A stretch of DNA of 63,567 nt, the filler included, from Octopus bimaculoides (taxonomy: Eukaryota), in assembly GCF_001194135.2 (NCBI RefSeq). It is 6 parts of 5 records of this genome, joined end to end, with 100 filler letters (N's around TTAATTAATTAA, not from the genome) between each part and the next. Parts side by side here need not be neighbours in the genome. Positions count along the whole stretch, not along the records: positions 11,751 to 19,780 come from NC_068982.1; positions 19,881 to 31,772 come from NC_068981.1; 4 more parts are not named here. One strand, 5' to 3'. A program made the position numbers and the translations under genes. The stretch's first letter is position 1; each line of letters opens with the position of its first letter. The notes beneath the pieces are model-generated. The model saw nothing but the letters and a program-made list of their open reading frames with translations, did no database searches and was not told the origin of the DNA. Positions 13,311 to 26,080 of this stretch are shown piece by piece.

Positions 13311-14399
13311 CACACACACAATAATAGCACATATATAAAGATATATACATGTATCGAAACACATATTCGCACGCCTTAACATACTTATCGGTATAAATGG
13401 TACACACCACTGCACTCCATTGCTTACAGCATACACGTACCCTGCATTAATACCACCCAGTAGTTTTGTTTTAGCAACTATTTACAGATACAGACACACG
13501 CATTCCATTCATATATATGACACATCTATATACAAGTATACAGAAATACACAACGCATTTGAATATGTATGTGTGTGTGTGTGTGCGTGTGTGTATGCAT
13601 GTGTGAATGTATACATATATTATTCATACATGCATACAAACATATACTCAAAGCTACATACAATACTTACTATCCCCCTCAGCTCATCCTTTCTCAGAAC
13701 CTTCCAGCCAATCACACATATACATGCATACACTCATGCATATGTGTGTCTGTATATGTCTCTCTGTGTGTCTGCATATGTCTGAGTCTGTATATATATA
13801 TATATATATATATATNNNNNNNNNNNNNNNNNNNNNNNNNNNNNNNNNNNNNNNNNNNNNNNNNNNNNNNNNNNNNNNNNNNNNNNNNNNNNNNNNNNNN
13901 NNNNNNNNNNNNNNNNNNNNNNNNNNNNNNNNNNNNNNNNNNNNNNNNNNNNNNNNNNNNNNNNNNNNNNNNNNNNNNNNNNNNNNNNNNNNNNNNNNNN
14001 NNNNNNNNNNNNNNNNNNNNNNNNNNNNNNNNNNNNNNNNNNNNNNNNNNNNNNNNNNNNNNNNNNNNNNNNNNNNNNNNNNNNNNNNNNNNNNNNNNNN
14101 NNNNNNNNNNNNNNNNNNNNNNNNNNNNNNNNNNNNNNNNNNNNNNNNNNNNNNNNNNNATATATCAATATACATATATGCGTATGTGTCTCTATATATA
14201 TAATATGTCTGTGTGTGTATGTACATGTATATACACATTCATACATGCATACATATACACGCGTGTAATCTATCATATTCATTCACGCACGTACACACAT
14301 TTTCTGTACGACATCAGGGCATATTGCCCTCAATGAAGAATGCCACACGTGATCGCCGCCACATCGCCACCCCACCACCCCGCTACATCACCACAATAC

Positions 14400-15000
14400 T
14401 ATTGCCCCCACTCCATAATCACTCCCCACACCCACATCACATGATCCTATCTGATACCAAACCACACGTGACACACCACACAATAAAAATATCTTCCACC
14501 CCGCCATGTGCACCAGATCACAACACCACGCTACCACATGTATCACGCACAATAGTCCACGACGTTCATACAAGAGACCATTTCCTGAACGCTGCACTGC
14601 AAGGATCCATTCTCTTAATCATGCTCTTTAACCCTAACATGCCACCAGTTTCATATGCAAATGATATCCCAATTACCTTTGCACAATTCTCTCAAAATGG
14701 CTGCACAGCTTAATTCTTATAGAAGTAATCCGAACCATTTATCTGGAACCTGAATTTTTGTTCCAAACAATAAGACCCTCCAAAAGTTTCGCTAATCTAA
14801 TCAACCTTACTCTCTAGAGATATCAGCCATCATATTAAGTAAAACAATCCGCAAATCAAAGATATTCATGTTTACAGTTGTATGACAGGCTGAGAAGAGG
14901 AAAACAATGCGGAAACATATTAATAGAACTCTCGTCCATCTTATTTGGTCAGCAGAAAGAAACAATGAACAACCAATGAAGGAACACACGATCGATAGAT
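14400..15000 (+). mobile_element. Degenerate non-LTR reverse transcriptase remnant (I/Jockey-like)
   Basis: LQGSILLIMLFNPNMPPVSYANDIPIT resembles RT motifs PQGS.LSP.LFN...YADD. Confidence 0.5.
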
Positions 15001-15809
15001 TTACTAGAAATAACTAATTCTCCAAACTGCCCTCTACTTCAAAACAGAAAGACACATGGGAGAAAAATTCGGGATGGTTACGAGATGATTACAGTGCTTA
15101 TTTTCTCGATCAGAACTGTGGATATTGGCTGGCCCACCAATATTCGTAAAATAAAGGAACCCAAAGATTACGAAGTTGACATAACAGTTTGCATACCGAC
15201 CACAATTACTGAGAATAAAATAAAACATACTGAACATGAAAGTCTACCAGACGTTGCAAGGGGTGCAGTTTCGTGCCGAGGTATGTTCCGACCTTTATAT
15301 CGCTGCGGCTAAACCTCCACAACCCTCCCACCGTTCAAACATCTGGTCACATCAACAACGACACCATCCTCACAACACAAGGTGAAGCTCTAAAATGGTC
15401 GCTCGATATATTCTACTTAACGGTCCAATCACCCTCAAATCAACACTTCTGTCTTAAAGAAGAACACAATAGATGACGTGAACCTAAATGCTCTGTGTGT
15501 TCTTAAACATAACAAAGATGGGAAGGCTACAAGTTAGAACTCCTCCTAATTATGTGTAGCTTTGAGAAAAGTTGACCTGGGAATCAGCAACATTTCCTAA
15601 GGTTGTTCAGAAAAACATATAAATTACATTTACACTCATAAACATACATACGTACATATATGTATGTGTGTGTGTATGTATGTATGTATGTATGTGTGTT
15701 CGTGAGTGTGCATGTTGTGTATGTGTGTGTGTGTCCATTTACAATATCTAGAATTCTCGCCCCATTAGTATTACATATTGATTTGACCATCTTGCTTGGC
15801 CGACTGTAC

Positions 15810-15859
<50 letters not shown>

Positions 15860-16590
15860 CAACATGTCTATTCACATATATTTATGTATATATATATATA
15901 NNNNNNNNNNNNNNNNNNNNNNNNNNNNNNNNNNNNNNNNNNNNNNNNNNNNNNNNNNNNNNNNNNNNNNNNNNNNNNNNNNNNNNNNNNNNNNNNNNNN
16001 NNNNNNNNNNNNNNNNNNNNNNNNNNNNNNNNNNNNNNNNNNNNNNNNNNNNNNNNNNNNNNNNNNNNNNNNNNNNNNNNNNNNNNNNNNNNNNNNNNNN
16101 NNNNNNNNNNNNNNNNNNNNNNNNNNNNNNNNNNNNNNNNNNNNNNNNNNNNNNNNNNNNNNNNNNNNNNNNNNNNNNNNNNNNNNNNNNNNNNNNNNNN
16201 NNNNNNNNNNNNNNNNNNNNNNNNNNNNNNNNNNNNNNNNNNNNNNNNNNNNNNNNNNNNNNNNNNNNNNNNNNNNNNNNNNNNNNNNNNNNNNNNNNNN
16301 NNNNNNNNNNNNNNNNNNNNNNNNNNNNNNNNNNNNNNNNNNNNNNNNNNNNNNNNNNNNNNNNNNNNNNNNNNNNNNNNNNNNNNNNNNNNNNNNNNNN
16401 NNNNNNNNNNNNNNNNNNNNNNNNNNNNNNNNNNNNNNNNNNNNNNNNNNNNNNNNNNNNNNNNNNNNNNNNNNNNNNNNNNNNNNNNNNNNNNNNNNNN
16501 NNNNNNNNNNNNNNNNNNNNNNNNNNNNNNNNNNNNNNNNNNNNNNNNNNNNNNNNNNNNNNNNNNNNNNNNNNNNNNNNNNNNNNNNNN

Positions 16591-16646
<56 letters not shown>

Positions 16647-16939
16647 CATATGTATACACACTCAAACACATACATAATATACATACATACAAACAGACAG
16701 ACAGACAAACTAGAAAGGACACAGTATTTCGTTTGGCACCCGTAATATACAACCAAGTATATTTAAGGTTTACAACTCAACAGTGTATCTTCTTGTGTTA
16801 ATAGTGTGATGTTCTCATTTTTAAGTGATAAACTGTAGATTTTTATAAAATTCAAAGCCAAGACTAAATTAGGACGTTTCGCATACGAATACGAATATTC
16901 CAATATAAACAATGCGATCGAAGATAGGAAAATAAAGTG

Positions 16940-16988
16940 ATGGTAAATATGTATATTTCAAGAATTATTGCTCTTTCATCAGTACCAC
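16940..16988 (-). ncRNA. Type-I hammerhead ribozyme, complete core
   Basis: GTGGTA-[CTGATGA]-AAGA gcaataat TCTT-[GAAA]-TA taca TA-TT-TACCAT. All three stems pair; AUU cleavage triplet. Confidence 0.8.
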
Positions 16989-17312
16989 AATCGACAATCA
17001 ACCATCCACGATTAACTATTGCCGAATGCAATGCGGAAATACTCATTAAGTTTAACGATGTGACACTATTTGATAGATGACTTAAAATGAGAATATCTCA
17101 CTGCTAACACAAAAAATCATACACAACATTAACCTGTAAACCTTCAATATACTTGGTAGTATATTATGGTCGTAACACGAAATACTGTGCCCTTGCTAGA
17201 AATTAATATTTACGTACCAGCTTAATATGTGCTTAATATGTAAACTGGTCTCTCCAATAGAGTTACACCGCTAAACATAGTGAGTATTTAAGCAATGTGT
17301 TCGTGGGTTTGA

Positions 17313-17362
17313 TGTGATACTGATGAAAGAGCAATAAATCTTGAAATATTGATGTACATGAA
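17313..17362 (+). ncRNA. Degenerate hammerhead copy
   Basis: CTGATGA-AAGA gcaataaa TCTT-GAAA is intact; stems I and III are eroded. Confidence 0.5.
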
Positions 17363-17517
17363 TTAGCTATTTTAAAAAAATCTTTGATCGTATTGTTTAT
17401 ATTGAAGTGTTTGTATACAAGACGCCGTAATTAAGAGTGGTGGCTCTGAAATCTATAAAAGATTTATAATTTATCATTAAAAAATGTATATGTATATGTG
17501 ATCAGCATATACAGTAC

Positions 17518-18400
17518 AAGACAATGCGATTTCAGATCTCCAAACCGCTGCCCTCTAAACAACAACTATCTAGAAAAAGAACTTGTATACAAGGCCAAGA
17601 TCACGGATCTCAACGGAGTAGCAAAGACGTATATCAGAATGATGGGCAACTCGTTCAAGGAAAGGTAAACACAACACCTGGTGCCATTCAAAGACAAAAA
17701 TTTTTTAAAGCACGCAACATCCCTATCCAATATGATATGAAAATTGAAAGGTAGAATAAGTAACCTCAGAAAAAAAGGAACATCATTGCTAAAGCCAGAA
17801 AATACAGAGGAAGGGGTACCAGATGTGAACTCTGTATCACTAAAAAACTAAATATCGTACAGAGAACAGATAACATCCTAAATATTAGCGATGAACTCTT
17901 CTCTCTCTGCATACACATGCAATATTTCACAATTAAACATTTCAAAGAGGAAACACCACCTGCGCCGCTAATCCCTCCAGGATAGCCCCTTTCCTGAACG
18001 TGAAATTTGAATATACATAACACACGACCTCCACACACAGAAGAAATATGCCCCTGTGACGAACTACCTCAGCACACAAGCATACGAACATCACATAAAC
18101 CGCATGTGATGTTCAAAAAGTCAAAATCCAAGGGAGATAACCATTCAAAATATGTCAGCCAAGAGTAGCGCCCCTTGATTTATTATTTTCTCTACGGGAA
18201 TCTCTTAGGAATTCAACGAGACTTTGTGTTTATCACGAACACCGTTCCTCTATGTGACCAGCTTCAACAATTGTTAAGATATTAAGATATTTTGTTATTT
18301 TTCGTAACATTAAACCAATGGTAGCCTTCATTCACAAATAAAGAAATTCTATCCACAAATGCGGTGTTGAGCACTAATTTTCATCGTTTGACACTTACGT
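17518..18400 (+). mobile_element. Penelope-like element: GIY-YIG endonuclease remnant and 3' region
   Basis: CDFRSPNRCPLNNNYLEKELVYKAK..KTYI..SFKER*..H..F..TSLS..I*KLK..NIIAKARKY..RCELCITKKLNI..LNISDELFSLCIH; typical PLE CCHH/GIY-YIG pattern. Confidence 0.9.
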
Positions 18401-19738
18401 ATATATATATATATATATNNNNNNNNNNNNNNNNNNNNNNNNNNNNNNNNNNNNNNNNNNNNNNNNNNNNNNNNNNNNNNNNNNNNNNNNNNNNNNNNNN
18501 NNNNNNNNNNNNNNNNNNNNNNNNNNNNNNNNNNNNNNNNNNNNNNNNNNNNNNNNNNNNNNNNNNNNNNNNNNNNNNNNNNNNNNNNNNNNNNNNNNNN
18601 NNNNNNNNNNNNNNNNNNNNNNNNNNNNNNNNNNNNNNNNNNNNNNNNNNNNNNNNNNNNNNNNNNNNNNNNNNNNNNNNNNNNNNNNNNNNNNNNNNNN
18701 NNNNNNNNNNNNNNNNNNNNNNNNNNNNNNNNNNNNNNNNNNNNNNNNNNNNNNNNNNNNNNNNNNNNNNNNNNNNNNNNNNNNNNNNNNNNNNNNNNNN
18801 NNNNNNNNNNNNNNNNNNNNNNNNNNNNNNNNNNNNNNNNNNNNNNNNNNNNNNNNNNNNNNNNNNNNNNNNNNNNNNNNNNNNNNNNNNNNNNNNNNNN
18901 NNNNNNNNNNNNNNNNNNNNNNNNNNNNNNNNNNNNNNNNNNNNNNNNNNNNNNNNNNNNNNNNNNNNNNNNNNNNNNNNNNNNNNNNNNNNNNNNNNNN
19001 NNNNNNNNNNNNNNNNATATATATATATATAAGTATGTATGTATACTGATCACTTCTAAATACTGTCAATTACATGAATATACTTTACTGAAGACCTAAG
19101 ACCTATAATAAAACTGAAACACGCCTGCAACCTTCTCCAGTTGCTACTAAATGCTTCAACTTCATTTGTCAAACAACTTAGTTAATCGAACTTGTTACCT
19201 CCCTTGGAATGCTTGTGTATTTTCAGTCATATTTGCTGTACATAACAGGAAGCCATTCACAATTCCAATAAATTCATATATGTATTGAGAACATTTGTGG
19301 ACTTTCGTTAGTCGGGAGTCTGCAATCTTAACACTGTCATGATAGTATTAATAACCACAAGCTGTTAATCTATTCATTGAAATGTACCGAGGCGTGTGTG
19401 TATGTGTGTGTGTGTGTGTGTGTTTCATAAATTTGCATACATTCTAGACAGGAGACATGCACTCATAACACCATGGGAACGTATAGGCTCACACTGCATC
19501 ATGGCACCATTATTATCACTCATTTATTATTTTTGAGGCTAAACATCGATATATATATACAGAAGGGTAGAAAAAAACATACACACACGTACACATGCTC
19601 ACAAAGACAAATTCAAATTCAAGCGCACATATACATTTGCATACGCATACATACGAATAGGTCTTGGCATAAACAGACACTCATAAATAGACGTAACTAT
19701 ATATACGCTACTCACTTATGCACGCGCACACATACACA

Positions 19739-19780
<42 letters not shown>

Positions 19781-20936
19781 NNNNNNNNNNNNNNNNNNNN
19801 NNNNNNNNNNNNNNNNNNNNNNNNTTAATTAATTAANNNNNNNNNNNNNNNNNNNNNNNNNNNNNNNNNNNNNNNNNNNNATTATCATATACGTATATAC
19901 ATACATACATACATACATACATACATACATACATACATACATACATACACGTATACATACAGACGTGGGGGGGGTGCACACACAATTAACCGATACAATA
20001 GATTAGGGACTTGCAGGGCGTTATCGATAACAACCTGGTCGGCAGCACCTGGTACCAGTGAAATTGTCACCCTAGAATTTCATCGTTAACTGCACTGACT
20101 GCCGTGACATTATCTATAATGCAATCTTCTCTATCGTTCCTCTTTTAGCAATCACCATTTCCATCTGCATGATTTATTGACATTATTATTGTCGTCCTTT
20201 TTCGTCTTGTTATCGTAGTATTTGTCTTTGGTTTATTTGCAGAGGTTTAGAGGACCTTTATTTATTTATTTATTGATGTATTTATTTATTTTATTTTTGA
20301 ATTATCTATCACCTTAAATCTTACTGTGTTCAATGTCGCTTTTCTTACATGCGGTTTCAATAAAATGCGTTCCAGTCAAGTACTTGGGTCGATAAAACGA
20401 CTTTTAGCTTTCTAAAAATGTGTGATTTTGTACTTAAGTTAGAAATATTGGAAAATAGTGGTTAGTAGAAGCAATAGAATAACATGTAAAATAAAAAAAA
20501 AAGCTTTGTGCCGCTGAATTACTTCTGTTTATTCTCTAGGATCAAACCTTACCCCGTTTTACCTTTTTTGTTTTTACTAGTTCTTATAATCTCAGCTCAA
20601 ACTCCGTTAAGACAGGATTTGAATTTCATGTTTCCGATATTGATAAAATAGTGTATCAGTCATATCTGAAACGATATAATCCATTAAATCTGATGCGAGG
20701 AAAAGTATACTTCAGATTCACCATTCCAGTTAAACGTTTCAATGGCAAACGCAGTGCGCACCGGTCCAAACCATAAGAAAAAGCAAACGATAAAGCAATT
20801 GTTGTTTCAAGATGTCATTATCACTTGTCTCACCTCACTAGAGTTACACCAATAGCCGTGCAAAATATGAGAGGTTTTTCTGTCGCATCCTACATTTTCT
20901 TACAAAATCTGTGACCTTGTATTTATGTTAGAAATC

Positions 20937-21140
20937 AGCTGGCAGAATCGTCAGCACATCGGGCAAAATGCTTAGCAGCATTTCGACAGTCTTAATGTTT
21001 TCAGTTCAAACCCTGCCGAGGTCGACTTTATCTTTCATCCTTTCGGGGTCAATAAAATAAGTACTAATTGAGCACTGGGGTCGGTATAATCGACTTATCA
21101 TCTCCATAAACTTGCAGGTTTTGTGCCAAAATTTGTAACC
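20937..21140 (+). mobile_element. SINE family A
   Basis: Head agctggcagaatcg plus core. Confidence 0.88.
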
Positions 21141-21159
21141 AAAATCCGTTTTCAATGTA

Positions 21160-21368
21160 GCGAGCTAGGAGAATCGTTATCGTACTGAGCGAAATGCTTA
21201 GCGGAATTTCATCCGTCTTTACGTTCTGACTTCAAATTCCGTCGAGGTTGACTTTGCCTTTCATCCCTTTCAGGGTCGATAAAATAAGTACCAGTTGAAC
21301 ACTGAGGTCAATGTAATCGACTAGTCCCCTTCCCCAAAATTGCTGGCTTTGTTCCAAAATTTGAAACC
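21160..21368 (+). mobile_element. SINE family A
   Basis: Head plus core, tandem to previous copy. Confidence 0.88.
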
Positions 21369-21435
<67 letters not shown>

Positions 21436-21438
<3 letters not shown>

Positions 21439-21569
21439 TAGTTTTATTTTTATAACGTGCTTTCACTTCACTACCGAGCGCAGCTCTGTGTGCCTTGGGT
21501 ATGTGCTGTGGTTTGCTGTGATGCTCTTATGGTTACTGTATTGAAAGTGTTTTGCGTAGGATGTATGCA

Positions 21570-21570
<1 letters not shown>
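21436..21570 (-). mobile_element. 5'-truncated Dong/R4-like LINE embedded in (TAA)n
   Basis: AYILRKTLSIQ* C-terminus plus 3' UTR; (ATT)n on both sides; homologous to 50797-50955. Confidence 0.75.
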
Positions 21571-21962
<392 letters not shown>

Positions 21963-23687
21963 AACAGCAAGAACAGATGGTGCAATGGAATATAATATAT
22001 ATACACATTGTGGATACACGAGTGCATGCACACATATTGACACTTGTAAATGTTTACAATGAAAGGCGTAAACACCAATTCACACTTATTTAAGTATTGA
22101 AGCTGCACATATCCTATATCAGCCAGCAAAGGACTAAACAACAAGCAGACTGTTACACCGCATGCTTGATATATTTAGTCACGCATGCATTCGGTACGCC
22201 TACAGTTGACACCACTTGACGCTGTCAATGAGGGCCCCTCAACGTGATTGCTCGATCCGCTAGAAATACCAACCAAATCTTTCTCAAATTACACCCTATC
22301 TTCTCAAAAATGGAAAAGCCACATTATACTAACTAATATACTGTCTGAAAACAAAAACCGAGATGGTCGTGGCTGGAATGACTTTCAGCATTTTTGCGTG
22401 ATTCATTTAGAGTGGAACTGACTTGTTACTAATCCAGTGTTTCTCATTATAGGACTAGATCCTCCCGAGGGAGGGTCTATGCCCATAGCCCCTCATGAGA
22501 AATACTTATATAAATTCGATTTTCGGTTTAGCCTTTTCCTTTCATTTACATCTCATACCTGCAATTTTGAACCGCATTTAACTGCCCAGAAATGAATTAT
22601 CTCCCTTGTATTGACTTGACCATTACACACTGTTGCAAACGGAACATTTGGTAGTAACTAATCGTCTTAAGGTCACATTTTTAAAGTGATAAATATCTAC
22701 ATCAGCTATAGATGCTTGGCACTTTCCATGTTGATTAGCTTAAACTTTCCGCTCCACTTTTCAATCCGCACAATTGAGGAGGTGGACTGTAAGATCGAAA
22801 AGGTAATTGTACGCCATGTTTAATAACCTTAACTTTTAACACTTTAAATTTTACAATATCATGGCGAAGAAAGAAGAATTAGATGGATGCCTACTATATT
22901 TTGCCTTCTCGGTAATAAAGAAGAGGAAGTGCCAAAAGAATTGTGGTTGGGATAGGGATTCGATTTCTATCAGATTGGCCGATCACGTAGAGGCACACTC
23001 GTTGTCTCGTAAGAATGACGTAGCGAATGATGTTCTAGTTAATGATGTTGTTACTTAGCCCCTGGTCAGTCCTGATTGAGCAGACCTAAGATCAAAGACA
23101 GTCAGAACATAGGTATCGACCTTATTTTATTATTTTTTTAAATATATTTATTTAGGGTTTTAGAGTTATATCTACTATTTCTAGCAGCTCGAATGACCAC
23201 ATAGAGAGTGCTAGTGGTGGTGGTGGTGGTAGTGGTGGTGGGAGTGGTGGTGGTGGTGGGAGGTGCTTTGACGGGTGCACCAGCTTGATAACTTAGGTAT
23301 ATCCGGCTCATACACTATCTGCAAATCAGTTTACCGTCTGAGAATACGGAAAGCTGTCACAGATAGGATCTCTCAACAACATACACACCCAGGTCTAACA
23401 CACAAATACAAACACATACAGTAACACATACGCACACATATATGTATACACACACTCACACACACATAAATTCAAGTTTTCAAGATCTAAATCAGGCAGT
23501 ATTCTACACTTGCATCAATGATCACTGCACCTTTCTGATAGCTGCATTGATATAGAATAGTTGATGCATACATGAAGGTAAATACATACATACATACATA
23601 CATGTCTGTATCTATGTATGCATATATGTGTGCATGATGTAGGCATGAATGTTATGTATGTATGTGCGTGTGGGTGCGTGGGTGCGG

Positions 23688-23748
<61 letters not shown>

Positions 23749-24171
23749 NNNNNNNNNNNNNNNNNNNNNNNNNNNNNNNNNNNNNNNNNNNNNNNNNNNN
23801 NNNNNNNNNNNNNNNNNNNNNNNNNNNNNNNNNNNNNNNNNNNNNNNNNNNNNNNNNNNNNNNNNNNNNNNNNNNNNNNNNNNNNNNNNNNNNNNNNNNN
23901 NNNNNNNNNNNNNNNNNNNNNNNNNNNNNNNNNNNNNNNNNNNNNNNNNNNNNNNNNNNNNNNNNNNNNNNNNNNNNNNNNNNNNNNNNNNNNNNNNNNN
24001 NNNNNNNNNNNNNNNNNNNNNNNNNNNNNNNNNNNNNNNNNNNNNNNNNNNNNNNNNNNNNNNNNNNNNNNNNNNNNNNNNNNNNNNNNNNNNNNNNNNN
24101 NNNNNNNNNNNNNNNNNNNNNNNNNNNNNNNNNNNNNNNNNNNNNNNNNNNNNNNNNNNNNNNNNNNNNNN

Positions 24172-24453
24172 ACAGACACGTGTACCCTTAACGTAGTTCT
24201 CGGGGATATTCAGCGTGACACAGTGTGACAAGGCTGACCCTTTGAATTACAGGCACAACAGAAACAGGAAGTAAGAGTGAGAGAAAGTTGTGGTGAAAGA
24301 GTACAGCAGGGTTCGCCACCATCCCCTGCCGGAGCCTCGTGGAGCTTTAGGTGTTTTCGCTCAATAAACACTCACAACGCCCGGTCTGGGAATCGAAACC
24401 GCGATCCTATGACCGCGAGTCCGCTGCCCTAACCACTGGGCCATTGCGCCTCC
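24172..24453 (-). mobile_element. SINE family C (tRNA-Arg-like head), 3' end lost in gap
   Basis: A box TGGCCCAGTGG, B box GTTTCGATTCC, TCG anticodon-like loop; matches 50972-51343. Confidence 0.92.
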
Positions 24454-24684
24454 TATCAGTTTGGTATCTAGCAGAGATAACTTATCTCATAGCTGACAGC
24501 TGACTCAGTACCACATCAATTAAAGTTTCTTGGCTGTAGATCACGTCCACATCATCAAATATTCGGAATCAGAATGAAGAGAACATAAGAACTATTTTAA
24601 ATGGTTTTTAGACGAGAGTATTTAGGCCGCCGCTAGTCACTTCCAGCCACATCAGTTTTTGCATTGGATTCTATATACATGGCA

Positions 24685-24895
24685 TCAGTTAATGGTAGGC
24701 TGTGGTATTTCAGCGACAACAGTTACTAATGAGGTAATATCAGGTGGAAAATGAGTTTGCGAGGGTGGTATATTCGAGTTATCAGCGGCCAAAAGCCTGA
24801 AGATCGTCAACAAGGCGTACTTTAGGTGGCAACAAGAGCATAGAGCAACTTTCCTATTGATGGATACTGCGTGGTGGTAGAGACTCATGGCTGGT
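24685..24895 (+). mobile_element. Possible Polinton/Maverick polB N-terminal remnant
   Basis: SNFPIDGYCVVVETHGW resembles the VDGY..YEFHG motif; weak and stop-containing. Confidence 0.2.
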
Positions 24896-25121
24896 TACTG
24901 ACATATTTTTCCACTTTGTATGGATATTTTATCCTGTCTCTGCAGTACTATCAGCGTTTGTGCGTTTGAAAATATATTATCATACACACACACACACACA
25001 CACGCACACAAATACATGCATACATACATACATGCATACATACATACATACATACATACATGCATACATACATACATACATACATACATACATACGTACA
25101 TACATGAATACATACATATAC

Positions 25122-26010
25122 ATAAACAGTGATGTAGACCGCCCCTACCTAAAACGAAAACAAGGCGGAAGAGGCTTAACATCAATCTAAAATGCCTTTG
25201 AATGTCACATCATATCCCTTCGGCAACATCTTTTAACCACCAAATGTCGAAGTGCATCCCTTGATCAAGTTTGCATGCATGAGGTTGATAACATCATAAG
25301 AGTTGGAAGGTAGCTCCTTGAGCAACACTCTTTGTCTGATAAACTAGAATAAATGTCCAAAGAAGTCGCACGACTTTACCGCAATGTATCATCAGATGAA
25401 AGGATGAGCCTATATGAGCAGAAGACTATGCATGGATATGTTACTAGAAAGCTCCGTGATGATAGTAACATCGATCATCAAAGCAGTTTATCATGGACCA
25501 ATAGCCGGATTACTACCTCCTACTTTGAAGGGTATGCGTTTGCAATCCAGGAACAGGAAATATCAACCAAATACCTGATGCACAAAATGGATAGAGATGC
25601 AGGTAAAGACGTGAAGTGTGACAACTGGTGCAGACTTTGTGAAGTTCACTCTGAAGATATCACCCACATCATAAGCAGTTGTCCGAAAATATCATGGTAT
25701 TATCTACCGATGAGACATGACGTTGTAGCTAGGGCACTCTATAATTCCATCACTGGAACTGTAAAAATCTGTAAAACTTTCCAGAAGTTTATCATTTAAA
25801 TATATATGTACATGTCTAGATATGCAGCTATATGCACGAGAATACATACATAAAACATTCAAATCTGCACATACATACATACATACATACATACATACAT
25901 ACATACATACATACAAAAATAACCTGTTGATGTTGAAATTCCAATGAAGGAGCCTTGGATCTAGGTTAGAAACCGGTTCTTTCTCTATTGGCAGAAATCT
26001 TGAAATAAAC
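25122..26010 (+). mobile_element. R4/Dong-like RLE LINE, 5'-truncated, RLE domain internally deleted
   Basis: RPYLKRKQGGRGL..MHGY..FEGYAFAIQEQEISTKYL..CRLC..EDITHIISSCP..YYLPMRHDVV fused directly to TGTVKICKTFQKF* and 3' UTR. Confidence 0.92.
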
Positions 26011-26080
26011 TGAATAATGACACACATGTATACATCCATCCATCCATACATACATACATACATACATACATACATACATA

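Larger units (their letters stand above)
16715..17485. mobile_element. Inverted pair of a ~400-bp hammerhead-containing repeat (retrozyme or Penelope pLTR-like)
   Basis: Minus copy 16715-17045 reads segment A then B; plus copy reads B (17070-17200), C, then A (17280-17485). Confidence 0.75.

Noticed and set aside
12097-16801. Long ORFs of 180-440 aa here and at 18.3, 23.5, 28, 29.7, 38.7, 58 and 60 kb
   Set aside because: They span N gaps and flanking microsatellites, so they are artefacts.
19060-19120. CTGAAGA...GAAAC hammerhead-like motif
   Set aside because: Stems I, II and III do not pair.
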